Source: Epiperipatus broadwayi
Lineage: Eukaryota > Animalia > Onychophora
Reading direction: 5' to 3'
NCBI GenBank assembly: GCA_028023455.1
Contig: JAQFVV010000007.1
Coordinates: 434,001 to 498,000, forward strand
DNA length: 64,000 nt
Made by a program: the position numbers and the translations under genes. The notes beneath the pieces were generated by a model. The model saw nothing but the letters and a program-made list of their open reading frames with translations, was not told where the DNA came from and ran no database searches. Shown one piece after another: positions 25,626-37,608 of the stretch; the first letter of the stretch is position 1, and each line of letters begins with the position of its first letter.

Positions 25626-26805
25626 CGCAGGTGAGCTTCAAGTTCATTTAAGTTGATGAAGCCTCTCATCCTTTCTGGCATTATTATATCAGTCAGCACC
25701 AGTTATTAATATTTTACATTTCCCACTATTAATCTATAAGTCGTAATGCTATGAATTTATAAACAATCTTTCATTTATTTATATTTTATAAATTAGAAAT
25801 GTCATGTTAAAGCTTATTTAAGCTAAACACCTTCTCATTAAATAATCTTTAGATGCACTGAGAAATAACTTTCAGTAAACCCTACCAAAATCTAATAATG
25901 TAACCAAATGCACAAATAAATATTTTCTTCATTAATGAAAATTTGTTAAGGATGGTATAAATTTTGTAATTTATAATATACTTTTATTTGCCATTATGAT
26001 GAACTGTAATGAAACCGAATTACATTTATTTGAAATTCGTCAAGTCATTTATGTTTTTATTGAATAGATCACGGCGTTAAGAATAAAAGCCTTGTAAACA
26101 CGATATCTTTTATTAGCATATTAAGCCACATTGTTTTCACTATTTATTGATTTTATTCATATATGTGCCTGATATTCGCGTATTCGTTAATCATTAATCT
26201 ATGTTCCAATATGTCATTTATGGAATACGCAAATCACTACTGATAATTATGTGAAACCCAGATGGTATTAATTATGTGAAAATAGATTCACATTGTATTT
26301 ATTTATTGTATATTATGCATATTTGTTTACTCAAATTCTAACCAATTATTATTATTATAAATAAATTAACAGTTTAATAAGTTATTCTTTGGTTATTTTT
26401 TTGTTTCTTCCATGCATGCACATCGTTGATTGTATTGCATTATATATGATAGAGTCCACTGATTTTAAGCTAGTCTATGACATTTGTTAATGATTCATAG
26501 CTAAATAGTAATATAGTTATAAGGTAGCTTATCCTATTGGGGGATCTAAAGGTCAGGTTAACCAATTTGCCTATCGATCTTTTGTCACTCTGTTGTTACT
26601 CTGGGACAAGAATTAAATGGAATTTCATTTGTTATCATCAGAAATGTTGTTGGTAATGTTATAGATTTGAAAATAGGCAATAGGGCAGGGTTCATGACTA
26701 TTCCTGACTTATGTATGTTGCATATGATTGGACTCTAGGTAATTTTGCCTAGATGCTAGCTCATATTAGACGAACATATAATTCTGACTGGTACAATATA
26801 TACAT

Positions 26806-28615
26806 TGTGATGATCGCACATACTGTGATCATATATATATATTTAATATTAAGTCATATTAAATATTGTAGTTTTTTTTTAAAATATACAAATAAGTAGA
26901 AGAATTAAAACCAATGAAGAAAGGAATGTCTTTATTAATATAATGAGATAAAGAGAGCGAATGAAATTGAACAGGATTCTTATCTTTTACCCTCCAAAGT
27001 TCAGATTTTGAGAAAATAGAAGTATTAAAGATAGAAAATATCAGAATCATATGTTTAATTTAAGATTGAAAATGAAGAAAGGAAATATAAATAAAATGAG
27101 AACTTAAATGACTTAAAAAGCGATAACTGGGGACTTTTAAATAAAAATATAAATAAAATTTAGAATACGACAAAAGATAAAGATCTGTTCTTAAAATTAC
27201 ACATTTTGACAAAATGAAATCCATATGCGAATGTATGTATAAAGAGAGAAAGGTTTATTGCATGTTTAAATGGTAATAATTTTATTAAAAAAATAATTGA
27301 TAAATGAATATAAATCACGATGTTATAAAATCATATGAAATTAAAATAAATTGTCTATAAGTTATAGAAAACATTTTAAAGTTAGAGGTGTGAAAGAAAA
27401 CCTACTGACAAAAGATCAAGATAAGCAAAGAATTTGAAATAAAAATAAAAAATAATTAAAGACAGTTGATGTGGAGACTTCAGTGAAAGCACTTCTCTGA
27501 GAAGAAGTAGAGATTAGAACCTAGTGGGAAGCAGACCTTAAAGGAGAAAAAGGAAAGCTGAGTGAAAGACATGTTTGGAGCATACTGACAAACTGAATGA
27601 ATATGAAACTAATCTATAATGCAAGTGAAGCTTTAAGGCTGTGTGGCTAAGAGCCATCACCACAGTTGGTGGTCGATCCAAACCCACCATGCTCATATGG
27701 TCACCTTGCCATGAAACAACTGCCAGCATAGCACCTGTCTGATGATCTGCCTGCCATTCCATTAACACCCTAGTATTGTGAAGTCACTACATGTAGAAGA
27801 GGAGACTCCATAAACAAGTCACTATGTGTCAAAGAGGAGACCCCATAAACAAAAGCCAAACCGAAGAACAGCTGTCTCTACTAAAGAAGTGGAGGAATTC
27901 CACACGATGGTGAGCAGGACAATAGTTAGTATTGAAAAAGAAAGCAACCTAGGTAAAGTAAATAAAGATCAATATATAACCCATGTGCACATACTTTCCA
28001 CATTAAAAGCAATTGCAATTCCAAATGTTTAATGAGATAGACATTAATTAACCTCTTTAATAATACCTGGAATGAACGTCTATAAATGGATACTTTATTT
28101 CAAAAGATTAAAGACATTTATAGAATTTAACACATACACCTAATTGTAATATTATATTTAAATGATTTTATTGTATTTAAATATTTCATGTATTTTTTTT
28201 TTTGTTATTTTAGTATTATAGTAAATGTTTTATTAATTATTTTATCTGTATCATCTCGTTTCTTTGCCATTCCAATAGTTTACTATACCTGGAGGGTTTA
28301 CTTATAATTATTACTCCATTTGAGTACTAAGTAACATGTGAGGATAGTTGTACAATATTACTGATCACATTAAATTTATAATTTAACCAAGCGCTGTAAT
28401 TCTGAAATAATTACAGCTGTCGAGAAATGTTTGATCGGGAAAAATAACCTTGTGATAATATCCATATTTTCACAGGTTCAATAATGTATGCTTGCAATAA
28501 CGTTAGGTGGATGATTTGAACTTAAGGACACTTCTATATAATAGTAAATGGTCACATGCACCATGCATTTTATTTATTATATTTTATAGATTTTATTTCA
28601 CCTCATTCCATTACA
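26806..28615 (+). repeat. 5' LTR (TGTGA...TTACA)
   Basis: Colinear with 37609-39562; homology starts at tgtgatgatcgcacatactg and ends at cacctcattccattaca. Confidence 0.85.
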
Positions 28616-28618
28616 TTT

Positions 28619-28636
28619 TGGGGACCAGTCCAGGAT
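28619..28636 (+). promoter_or_regulatory. Primer-binding site, tRNA-Pro-like
   Basis: tggggaccagtccaggat matches the tRNA-Pro PBS TGGGGGCTCGTCCGGGAT at 14/18 and lies 3 nt after the LTR end. Confidence 0.65.
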
Positions 28637-28777
28637 ATAAGTTGCTGTGCAATTGGTAATCAAATGTTGAGTAAATTTTTTAAATAAAGTAAATATTAAA
28701 AAAAAAGAAATCTATCTAAAATTAGTTTTAATAACTCAGAGTGGTGAGGAGCGAAGATGAGGGGGGATAAACTTTTC

Positions 28778-31700
28778 GGTGCTGATATAATACGCGCTCG
28801 GCGGCCATTTTGAATTTGGAAACACCCAAAAACACTGCTGGACATGCAAGCAATAAATGTCATCGACTAGAAACACTCATTTTTCAAAAACGTAAAACGC
28901 CTGAGGCACTGCAATTAAAAAAGGTGGTGGGGAGGGACTACACTTAAAAAAATGGCGGGAAAACGTCACATTAAATAGCCTAAGGTGCTACTACCCAAAA
29001 AAAGGGCGGGAAAAAAAAAAGAAGTGAAAATTAAAAAATACTTTAAAATAAACCAAAAACGCTAATTTATATATATATAGTCATAATCAAACATTGCAAT
29101 ATTTACAAAAATCCGTTAAAATATAGCGATCACTAGAAAAATAATATAATGCTATAAATCAAACCTTACTTTAAAATAAACCAAAAACGCTAATTTATAT
29201 ATATATAGTCATAATCAAACATTGCAATATTTACAAAAATCCGTTAAAATATAGCGATCATTAGAAAAATAATAAATGCTATTTTAAAAATATCAGTCCG
29301 GTCTATCAACGCTATATGCTACATCAGTATTATAATTTAAAAAAACAATATTTAAAAACTATAATGCTATAAATCAAACATTGAGTTGTAACGTCACATT
29401 GAATAGCCAAAGGTTATACTATGGAAAAAAAAGGGCGGGAAAAGAAAAAGAGATGAAAATTAAAAAATACTTTAAAATAAACCAAAAACGCTAATTTATA
29501 TATATAGTCATAATCAAACATTGCAATATTTACAAAAATCCGTTAAAATATAGCCACCACTAGAAAAAATCAAACATTACTTTGAAATAAACCAAAAACG
29601 CCAATTTATATATATATAATCATAATCAAACATTACTTTAAAATAAACCAGAAAATGCTAATATATATAGTCATGATAATCAAATATTGCAATCGTAAAT
29701 CTCAAAAGATTAACCCTATGCTAAAGCATTTTTTTTTAAAAAAAAATCATAAATGGTATTTACAAAAACACGTTAAAATATAGCGATCATTAGAAAAATA
29801 ATAAATGCTATTTTAAAAATATCAGTCCGGTCTATCAACGCTATATACTAAATCAGTATTATAATTTTAAAAAACAATATTTAAAAACTATAATGCTATA
29901 AATCAAACATTGGGTTGTAGCGTCACATTGAATAGCCAAAGGTTATACTATGGAAAAAAAAGGGCGGGAAAAGAAAAAGAGATGAAAATTAAAAAATACT
30001 TTAAAATAAACCAAAAACGCTAATTTATATATATAGTCATAATCAAACATTGCAATATTTACAAAAATCCGTTAAAATATAGCCACCACTAGAAAAAATC
30101 AAACATTACTTTGAAATAAACCAAAAACGCCAATTTATATATATAATCATAATCAAACATTACTTTAAAATAAACCAGAAAATGCTAATATATATAGTCA
30201 TGATAATCAAATATTGCAATCGTAAATCTCAAAAGATTAACCCTATGTTAAAGCATTTTTTTTAAAAAAAAAAATCGTAAATGGTATTTACAAAAACACG
30301 TTAAAATATAGCGATCATTAGAAAAATAATAAATGCTATTTTAAAAATATCAGTCCGGTCTATCAACGCTATATGCTACATCAGTATTATAATTTAAAAA
30401 AACAATATTTAAAAACTATAATGCTATAAATCAAACATTGAGTTGTAACGTCACATTGAATAGTCAAAGGTTATACTATGGAAAAAAAGAGCGGGAAAAG
30501 AAAAAGAGATGAAAATTAACAAATATTTTAAAATAAACCAAAAACGCTAATTTATATATATATATAGTCATAATCAAACATTGCAATAGCATTTATTTAA
30601 ATAATTTTTTACTAATATTTTAATAATTTAAAAAAAATTACCAGCTCTCGATCGGATGGATGGTCGTCCGCTCAGGCTAAATTTGGTTCTTTCTAGATCT
30701 CTTCGTTACTGCAATACCACAAAACATCAAATTATACTTTTAAGATTTAGGTTTATTATTTTAAAGAAGACACCAGTAAAATTAATTTATTCAGGAAATA
30801 TCGCAGCTTGATATGGCCTCTTTCAAATTTATTTTTAAAACTGTCTACTTGGGTCGGTATGTATGACGTACGATAATTTCCAAGAATTATAGTTCGGGAT
30901 GGGGGCTTTGTCTTACTAAGATAAAAGAAAGTGTTAAGTTAGACTTTCAAATTTAAAAAAACAACAACTGTAAAACAGTTCTAATGGACTTTTATGCCTC
31001 AAGCCTAACTAGTCATGAAATGCAAAAGAGGGTTAAAATTTATTATAAAAAAATTGGGGTTTTGGTTATAATAAATTAATGATTTCAAAATATAATCGCA
31101 CTGTAACATATTATACATCACAACTTGTACTCATATATATATATATGTGCCGATACATGTATTACTTGTAAGATTTTAGTTTTAACACTTCTTATTGTCT
31201 CTAATTCTGTCTATCATTCCGTTTCACCTTCTATGTATCATAGTTGGCCTGTTTGTCAAATTCAAACCCATCCCAGACCACGTGTATAATCCTATAATAA
31301 TGTACTTTGATGTATAATAACGTATGTTTACGTGTATGTGCGCACATCTAATATATAAATAAATATATTTATATATTAGATGTGCGCACATATTATACAT
31401 CAAAATACATTATTATAAGATTATATACATAACGATGTTAGGCTTGAAGCATAAAAGTCCATTAGCTGGTTTACAGTTGTTTTTTTTTTTTTAAATTTGA
31501 AAGTTTAACTTAACACTTTCTTTTATCTTAATAAGACAAAGGCCCAATCCGAACTATAATTCTTGGAAATTATCTTACGTCATAGATACCTTGTGTCAGA
31601 CCCAAGTACACAGTTTTAAAAATAAATTTGAAAGAGGCCATATCAAGCTGCGATATTTCCTGAATAAATTAATTTTACTGGTGTCTTCTTTAAAATAATA

Positions 31701-34205
31701 AACCTAAATCTTAAAAGTATAATTTGATGTTTTGTGGTATTGCAGTAATGAAGAGATCTAGAAAGAACCAAATTTAGCCTGAGCGGACGACCATCCATCC
31801 GATCGAGAGCTGGTAATTTTTTTTAAATTATTAAAATATTAGTAAAAAATTATTTAAATAAATGCTATTGCAATGTTTGATTATGACTATATATATATAA
31901 ATTAGCGTTTTTGGTTTATTTTAAAGTATTTTTTAATTTTCATCTCTTTTTCTTTTCCCGCCCTTTTTTTTCCATAGTATAACCTTTGGCTATTCAATGT
32001 GACGCTACAACTCAATGTTTGATTTATAGCATTATAGTTTTTAAATATTGTTTTTTAAAATTATAATACTGATGTAGCATATAGCGTTGATAGACCGGAC
32101 TGATATTTTTAAAATAGCATTTATTATTTTTCTAATGATCGCTATATTTTAACGTGTTTTTGTAAATACCATTTACGATTTTTTTTTTTTAAAAAATGCT
32201 TTAACATAGGGTTAATCTTTTGAGATTTACGATTGCAATATTTGATTATCATGACTATATATATTAGCGTTTTCTGGTTTATTTTAAAGTAATGTTTGAT
32301 TATGATTATATATATAAATTGGCGTTTTTGGTTTATTTCAAAGTAATGTTTGATTTTTTCTAGTGGTGGCTATATTTTAACGGATTTTTGTAAATATTGC
32401 AATGTTTGATTATGACTATATATATAAATTAGCGTTTTTGGTTTATTTTAAAGTATTTTTTAATTTTCATCTCTTTTTCTTTTCCCGCCCTTTTTTTTCC
32501 ATAGTATAACCTTTGGCTATTCAATGTGTCGCTACAACTCAATGTTTGATTTATAGCATTATAGTTTTTAAATATTGTTTTTTAAAATTATAATACTGAT
32601 TTAGTATATAGCGTTGATAGACCGGACTGATATTTTTAAAATAGCATTTATTATTTTTCTAATGATCGCTATATTTTAGCGTGTTTTTGTAAATACCATT
32701 TACGATTTTTTTTTTTTAAAAAATGCTTTAACATAGGGTTAATCTTTTGAGATTTACGATTGCAATATTTGATTATCATGACTATATATATTAGCGTTTT
32801 CTGGTTTATTTTAAAGTAATGTTTGATTATGATTATATATATAAATTGGCGTTTTTGGTTTATTTCAAAGTAATGTTTGATTTTTTCTAGTGGTGGCTAT
32901 ATTTTAACGGATTTTTGTAAATATTGCAATGTTTGATTCTGACTATATATATAAATTAGCGTTTTTGGTTTATTTTAAAGTATTTTTTAATTTTCATCTC
33001 TTTTTCTTTTCCCGCCCTTTTTTTTCCATAGTATAACCTTTGGCTATTCAATGTGTCGCTACAACTCAATGTTTGATTTATAGCATTATAGTTTTTAAAT
33101 ATTGTTTTTTAAAATTATAATACTGATTTAGTATATAGCGTTGATAGACCGGACTGATATTTTTAAAATAGCATTTATTATTTTTCTAATGATCGCTATA
33201 TTTTAGCGTGTTTTTGTAAATACCATTTACGATTTTTTTTTTTTAAAAAATGCTTTAACATAGGGTTAATCTTTTGAGATTTACGATTGCAATATTTGAT
33301 TATCATGACTATATATATTAGCGTTTTCTGGTTTATTTTAAAGTAATGTTTGATTATGATTATATATATAAATTGGCATTTTTGGTTTATTTCAAAGTAA
33401 TGTTTGATTTTTTCTAGTGGTGACTATATTTTAACGGATTTTTGTAAATATTGCAATGTTTGATTATGACTATATATATAAATTAGCGTTTTTGGTTTAT
33501 TTTAAAGTATTTTTTAATTTTCATCTCTTTTTCTTTTCCCGCCCTTTTTTTTCCATAGTATAACCTTTGGCTATTCAATGTGACGTTACAACTCAATGTT
33601 TGATTTATAGCATTATAGTTTTTAAATATTGTTTTTTTAAATTATAATACTGGTGTAGCATATAGCATTGATAGACTGGACTGATATTTTTAAAATAGCA
33701 TTTATTATTTTTCTAATGATCGCTATATTTTAACGGATTTTTGTAAATATTGCAATGTTTGATTATGACTATATATATATATATAAATTAGCGTTTTTGG
33801 TTTATTTTAAAGTAAGGTTTGATTTATAGCATTATATTATTTTTCTAGTGATCGCTATATTCTAACGGATTTTTGTAAATATTGCAATGTTTGATTATGA
33901 CTATATATATATAAATTAGCGTTTTTGGTTTATTTTAAAGTATTTTTTAATTTTCACTTGTTTTTCTTTTCCCGCCTTTTTTTTTGGGTAGTAGCACCTT
34001 AGGCTATTTAATGTGACATTTTCCCACCATTTTTTTAAGTGTAGTCCCTCCCCACCACCTTTTTTAATTGCAGTGCCTCAGGCGTTTTACGTTTTTGAAA
34101 AATGAGTGTTTCTAGTCGATGACATTTATCGCTTGCATGTGCCAGCAGTGTTTTTGGGTGTTTCCAAATTCAAAATGGCCGCCGAGTGCGTACTATATCA
34201 GCACC
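28778..34205. mobile_element. 5.4-kb non-autonomous foldback DNA transposon (Merlin-consistent termini), arms 28778-31009 and 31437-34205
   Basis: Termini GGTGCTGATATA...TATATCAGCACC; exact 8-bp TSD aacttttc at 28770-28777 and 34206-34213; arms nearly identical; no ORF. Confidence 0.9.
28966..30590 (+). repeat. ~528-bp tandem units inside the left foldback arm (mirrored at ~31870-34015)
   Basis: gtcacattgaatag at 29393, 29922, 30450; reverse copies near 31995, 32522, 33049, 33576. Confidence 0.9.
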
Positions 34206-35248
34206 AACTTTTCTGCACTTTATAATACTTAATATATATGTATTTCTATGTCAAATATGTAGAAAGGGTAAATTTTAATATCCAGAAGTATTTTGAAGTT
34301 TGTTATGATGTATCTAAGTTTAAAAAAAAAGGAATTATTCAAATGTATAATTGTAGCGATCAAAGATAGATTATCTAGATGTAATTGCTGTAAATGAAAT
34401 ATAAAGTAGTTAAGTCAAATAGAATTAAGAAAGTTTTAGGAAGGTTTTATCTATAAATAATAAAGATAGTATAATGAAGTATGTCAGTTAAGTTGAAGAA
34501 AATATATATGTGTGTGTGTATGCCAGCGCGCGCACGTGTGTGTGATTCTAAAATAGTCGTGTATGTCAGTTAAGTTGAAGAAAAATATCTATATATATGA
34601 TTTAAAATAGTCATGATGGTAAATGATCGATAAATTACAGACAATGTGTGCAACAAAGTATATCTGGCAAGTTAAAGAAAATGTATACGTATTGTTTTAA
34701 AATAGTCATGGCGATAAAGTGATCGATAAATTACATAGTGTGTGTAATGAAGGATGTTAGTGAGTTAAATAAAATATATATGTGTATGATTTTTTTAAAA
34801 TAGCCATAACCATAAAGTGATCGAGAAATTATATAGTATTAGAAAATACATCAGAAACGCGTATTGTTTAAAATACAGTCAAAATAGAATAGATTTATAT
34901 ATATATATATCATTAACAGAGGAGAATACATATAGCATTTAAGTCGATTCAAGTTAGAATAAGAACACATATAAGTGTGTCATCTAGAGAAGTAGAGTAA
35001 GTAAGAGGTTATATACATAGTGGAATAGAGGGTAGTCATCAAAGTATAGCAGGCAGTTATATGAATCTAGGGCAGGTAGTAAAATGGTGAACCAGAGCAA
35101 GTATGTTTGGATTGGCTAGCATTCTAAAGGCCAATAATCATAAAATAAATAACCAAATAGCAAATTGCAATATAAAGGAATAAACGAAATAATCAGTAAA
35201 GAGAAATAAATATATCAAGAAGGGTTAATTAAAAATATATCTATATGC

Positions 35249-36589
35249 ATGAGGTCCCAAACTAAAATGGACAACCAAGTAAATGAATTGAGAGAAATGT
35301 ATAAAGATAAGGAGAGGGAGAAAATGGATATTACCCAAAAACGAGTGAAAGATAAAATAGACTTTAGCTAGCTGATGAGCATGCTCAGGCAAATGAGAGA
35401 GGAACAACAACAGTTCATGAATAAATGCCATGACAGAAAAGACAGAATGATGAAGGAATGGTGTGTGAAGATAGCAATGGACAATAACAAAAAAATTGCT
35501 GAAGCCATAGAAAAGATGAGGAGTAACTTCCTTGGGAAACCAGATGTAAAGGACACAGGGAATGGACAGGAAATGAAAATCAAGCTTGATGAACCAGAAA
35601 GCATAGGACTATATGAGTCTGATGAACTGGATAGGGCAGCAAGTGTAGATAGAAACTCAGCATATTTAGATCCAAGATTGGAAGTAATTCAGTCTGAAGT
35701 GGAAATGAGGAAGTTAGATAAAGGGGAAGAATTTGAAGTCATGAGATCAGAGAATAATAGGATGCTGATGAATATGCAGTTGGACATAAGGAAAGTAGTA
35801 AGAGTAGTAGAAAGGTTAGATTCAAAATTTGAAGAGAGTATTAGGAGGTCAGCCAATAACATCCCAAATACAAAAATAGAATGCATCAAACCAAATGACA
35901 CTGGAGGATCTACAGACATGGGCTATGGAAGTCACATAGATAATCTCATCAGGTTCCATCAGTTCATAAAGATATGAGTCTTCTCTGGACATCCAGGAGA
36001 GAGCTTTATGGAGCACCTGGGGAGCCTTGAAAGATACTTCAGGTTCAGCAGAATGAATGAGGAGGCAAAGATAGTGGTCACCTGTAGTCATTTGCAGGGC
36101 AAATCACAAATGTGGTGGGACTCACTGTTCCATAAGCCAGTGACATTCACAGAATATCATAAATCTTTGTTGGTCAGTTATTGGAGTGAGGAACTCCAAG
36201 AAAATATTTTGCACCAGACAACACAGAAGAAATGGAGACAATGAGAATCATTTATGACATTCTTTCACCATCAAGTGACAAAGTTATGTATGATGACATC
36301 TAATCCATTATCCAAGATGCAAATAATTTGGATAATTAGACATGGTTTTCCAAGAGATGTTGTACTGATACTGATAAGTACAGAGAGAAAGATAGTTGAT
36401 CGGATTGCTGAGTTGCTCAATGCATTGGATAGCACCAGGGATGACCAGAGGGATGAGGGATATAAATCTAGATCACCTTCCAAAGAACCACTAGTAATTA
36501 AAAATGGTTGGGATCCTAATAAAGGTCGATGGGAAGAAAATAGAAGAAATTTTCCAGAGAGGAAGATGGACAACATAGAGGTGAACTAA
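35249..36589 (+). pseudogene. Gypsy-type gag (coiled coil + capsid-like domain), one frame with three in-frame stops
   Basis: MRSQTKMDNQ start at 35249; ORF-track 35375, 36008 and 36254 are the same frame; FSGHPGESFMEHLGSLERYF...LQGKSQMWW...YW fits retrotransposon gag capsid. Confidence 0.78.
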
Positions 36590-37580
36590 ATGGAATCATC
36601 CATATAAAATGGACAGAGTATAAAGAGAGTACGGATCAGAATCCACATCCCAGAGCAAGCAGATATGAGTCCCACAGGATCAGACAACCTCCAGATAAAA
36701 CCTAATTACAAATATAAGGATTGGATGGATTTAATGGTACAATATTGGAAATGGACTGGATCAAGATTGATGAAAATGGACTCATAAAAAAAGTAAAATG
36801 AAAAAAAATAGAGTAATGATAATATAAGGAAATAATGAACCAGTAAATAAATGGCCAACTAGTTTAAAAGGAAATACTTCACCCAAATTGAGACCAACCA
36901 TCATTTAGAGAGAGTAGTCAATGAAATCATAGATAGAAGCAGGGGTATGTAGAGACAGACATATTAGTAGGGATCTTAGCAGTATATGGTAAGCCATTTC
37001 TGTTTATATGTTTGTGTGTGAATTTTTGCAGAGCACCAGATGTTGTTAGGTAAGAAAGATAGGGACAGAGAACCTCTTCTCATATAAAGACTCACTGGAT
37101 TGAAAATGCCAGTTAAATATTTAATAAATATTGAGAGTATTGGAAACATATTAAATTGTATGGGGAAAGAACCCTTATATAATGAGTTGACAGTAAAAAT
37201 TCTGAACTCATGAATGAGCTGGTTAAAAAATTCCAGTCATCAAACCCGCCTCAGTATAGTGATCAGAGTTGTCACTTAGAGAGCTATAAGTTTGAAATGT
37301 GGAGTATGAACAGGTTTAATTGAGCAGCAGAGATATCCTGTGGACTCGAACCTGTATATACAATCACAGGGCAGAAATCAACTCACATATCATTTGTATA
37401 ATTTAGATTAAAATGGTTTGGCAGTGCTGATGATTGATAGAAAGGAAAGTAATTGCATGGTCGCCTCTCTAAGAATATTCTCATTGTCACTTAAACAAGA
37501 TTAGGAGTACATGGCTGTGAGAGTGTCATGGTCACAATATTAAGAATTGAATGGCTTTCAATCCATTGATACTTTTTTTT

Positions 37581-37600
37581 AGAAAAAAAAAGAGAGGGAA
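37581..37600 (+). promoter_or_regulatory. Polypurine tract
   Basis: agaaaaaaaaagagagggaa, 8 nt upstream of the 3' LTR. Confidence 0.55.
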
Positions 37601-37608
37601 CAGTATAA

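Noticed and set aside
28966-34015. CRISPR-like or centromeric array
   Set aside because: Units repeat in full with no unique spacers and no cas genes; the arrays lie inside a TSD-bounded transposon in eukaryotic DNA
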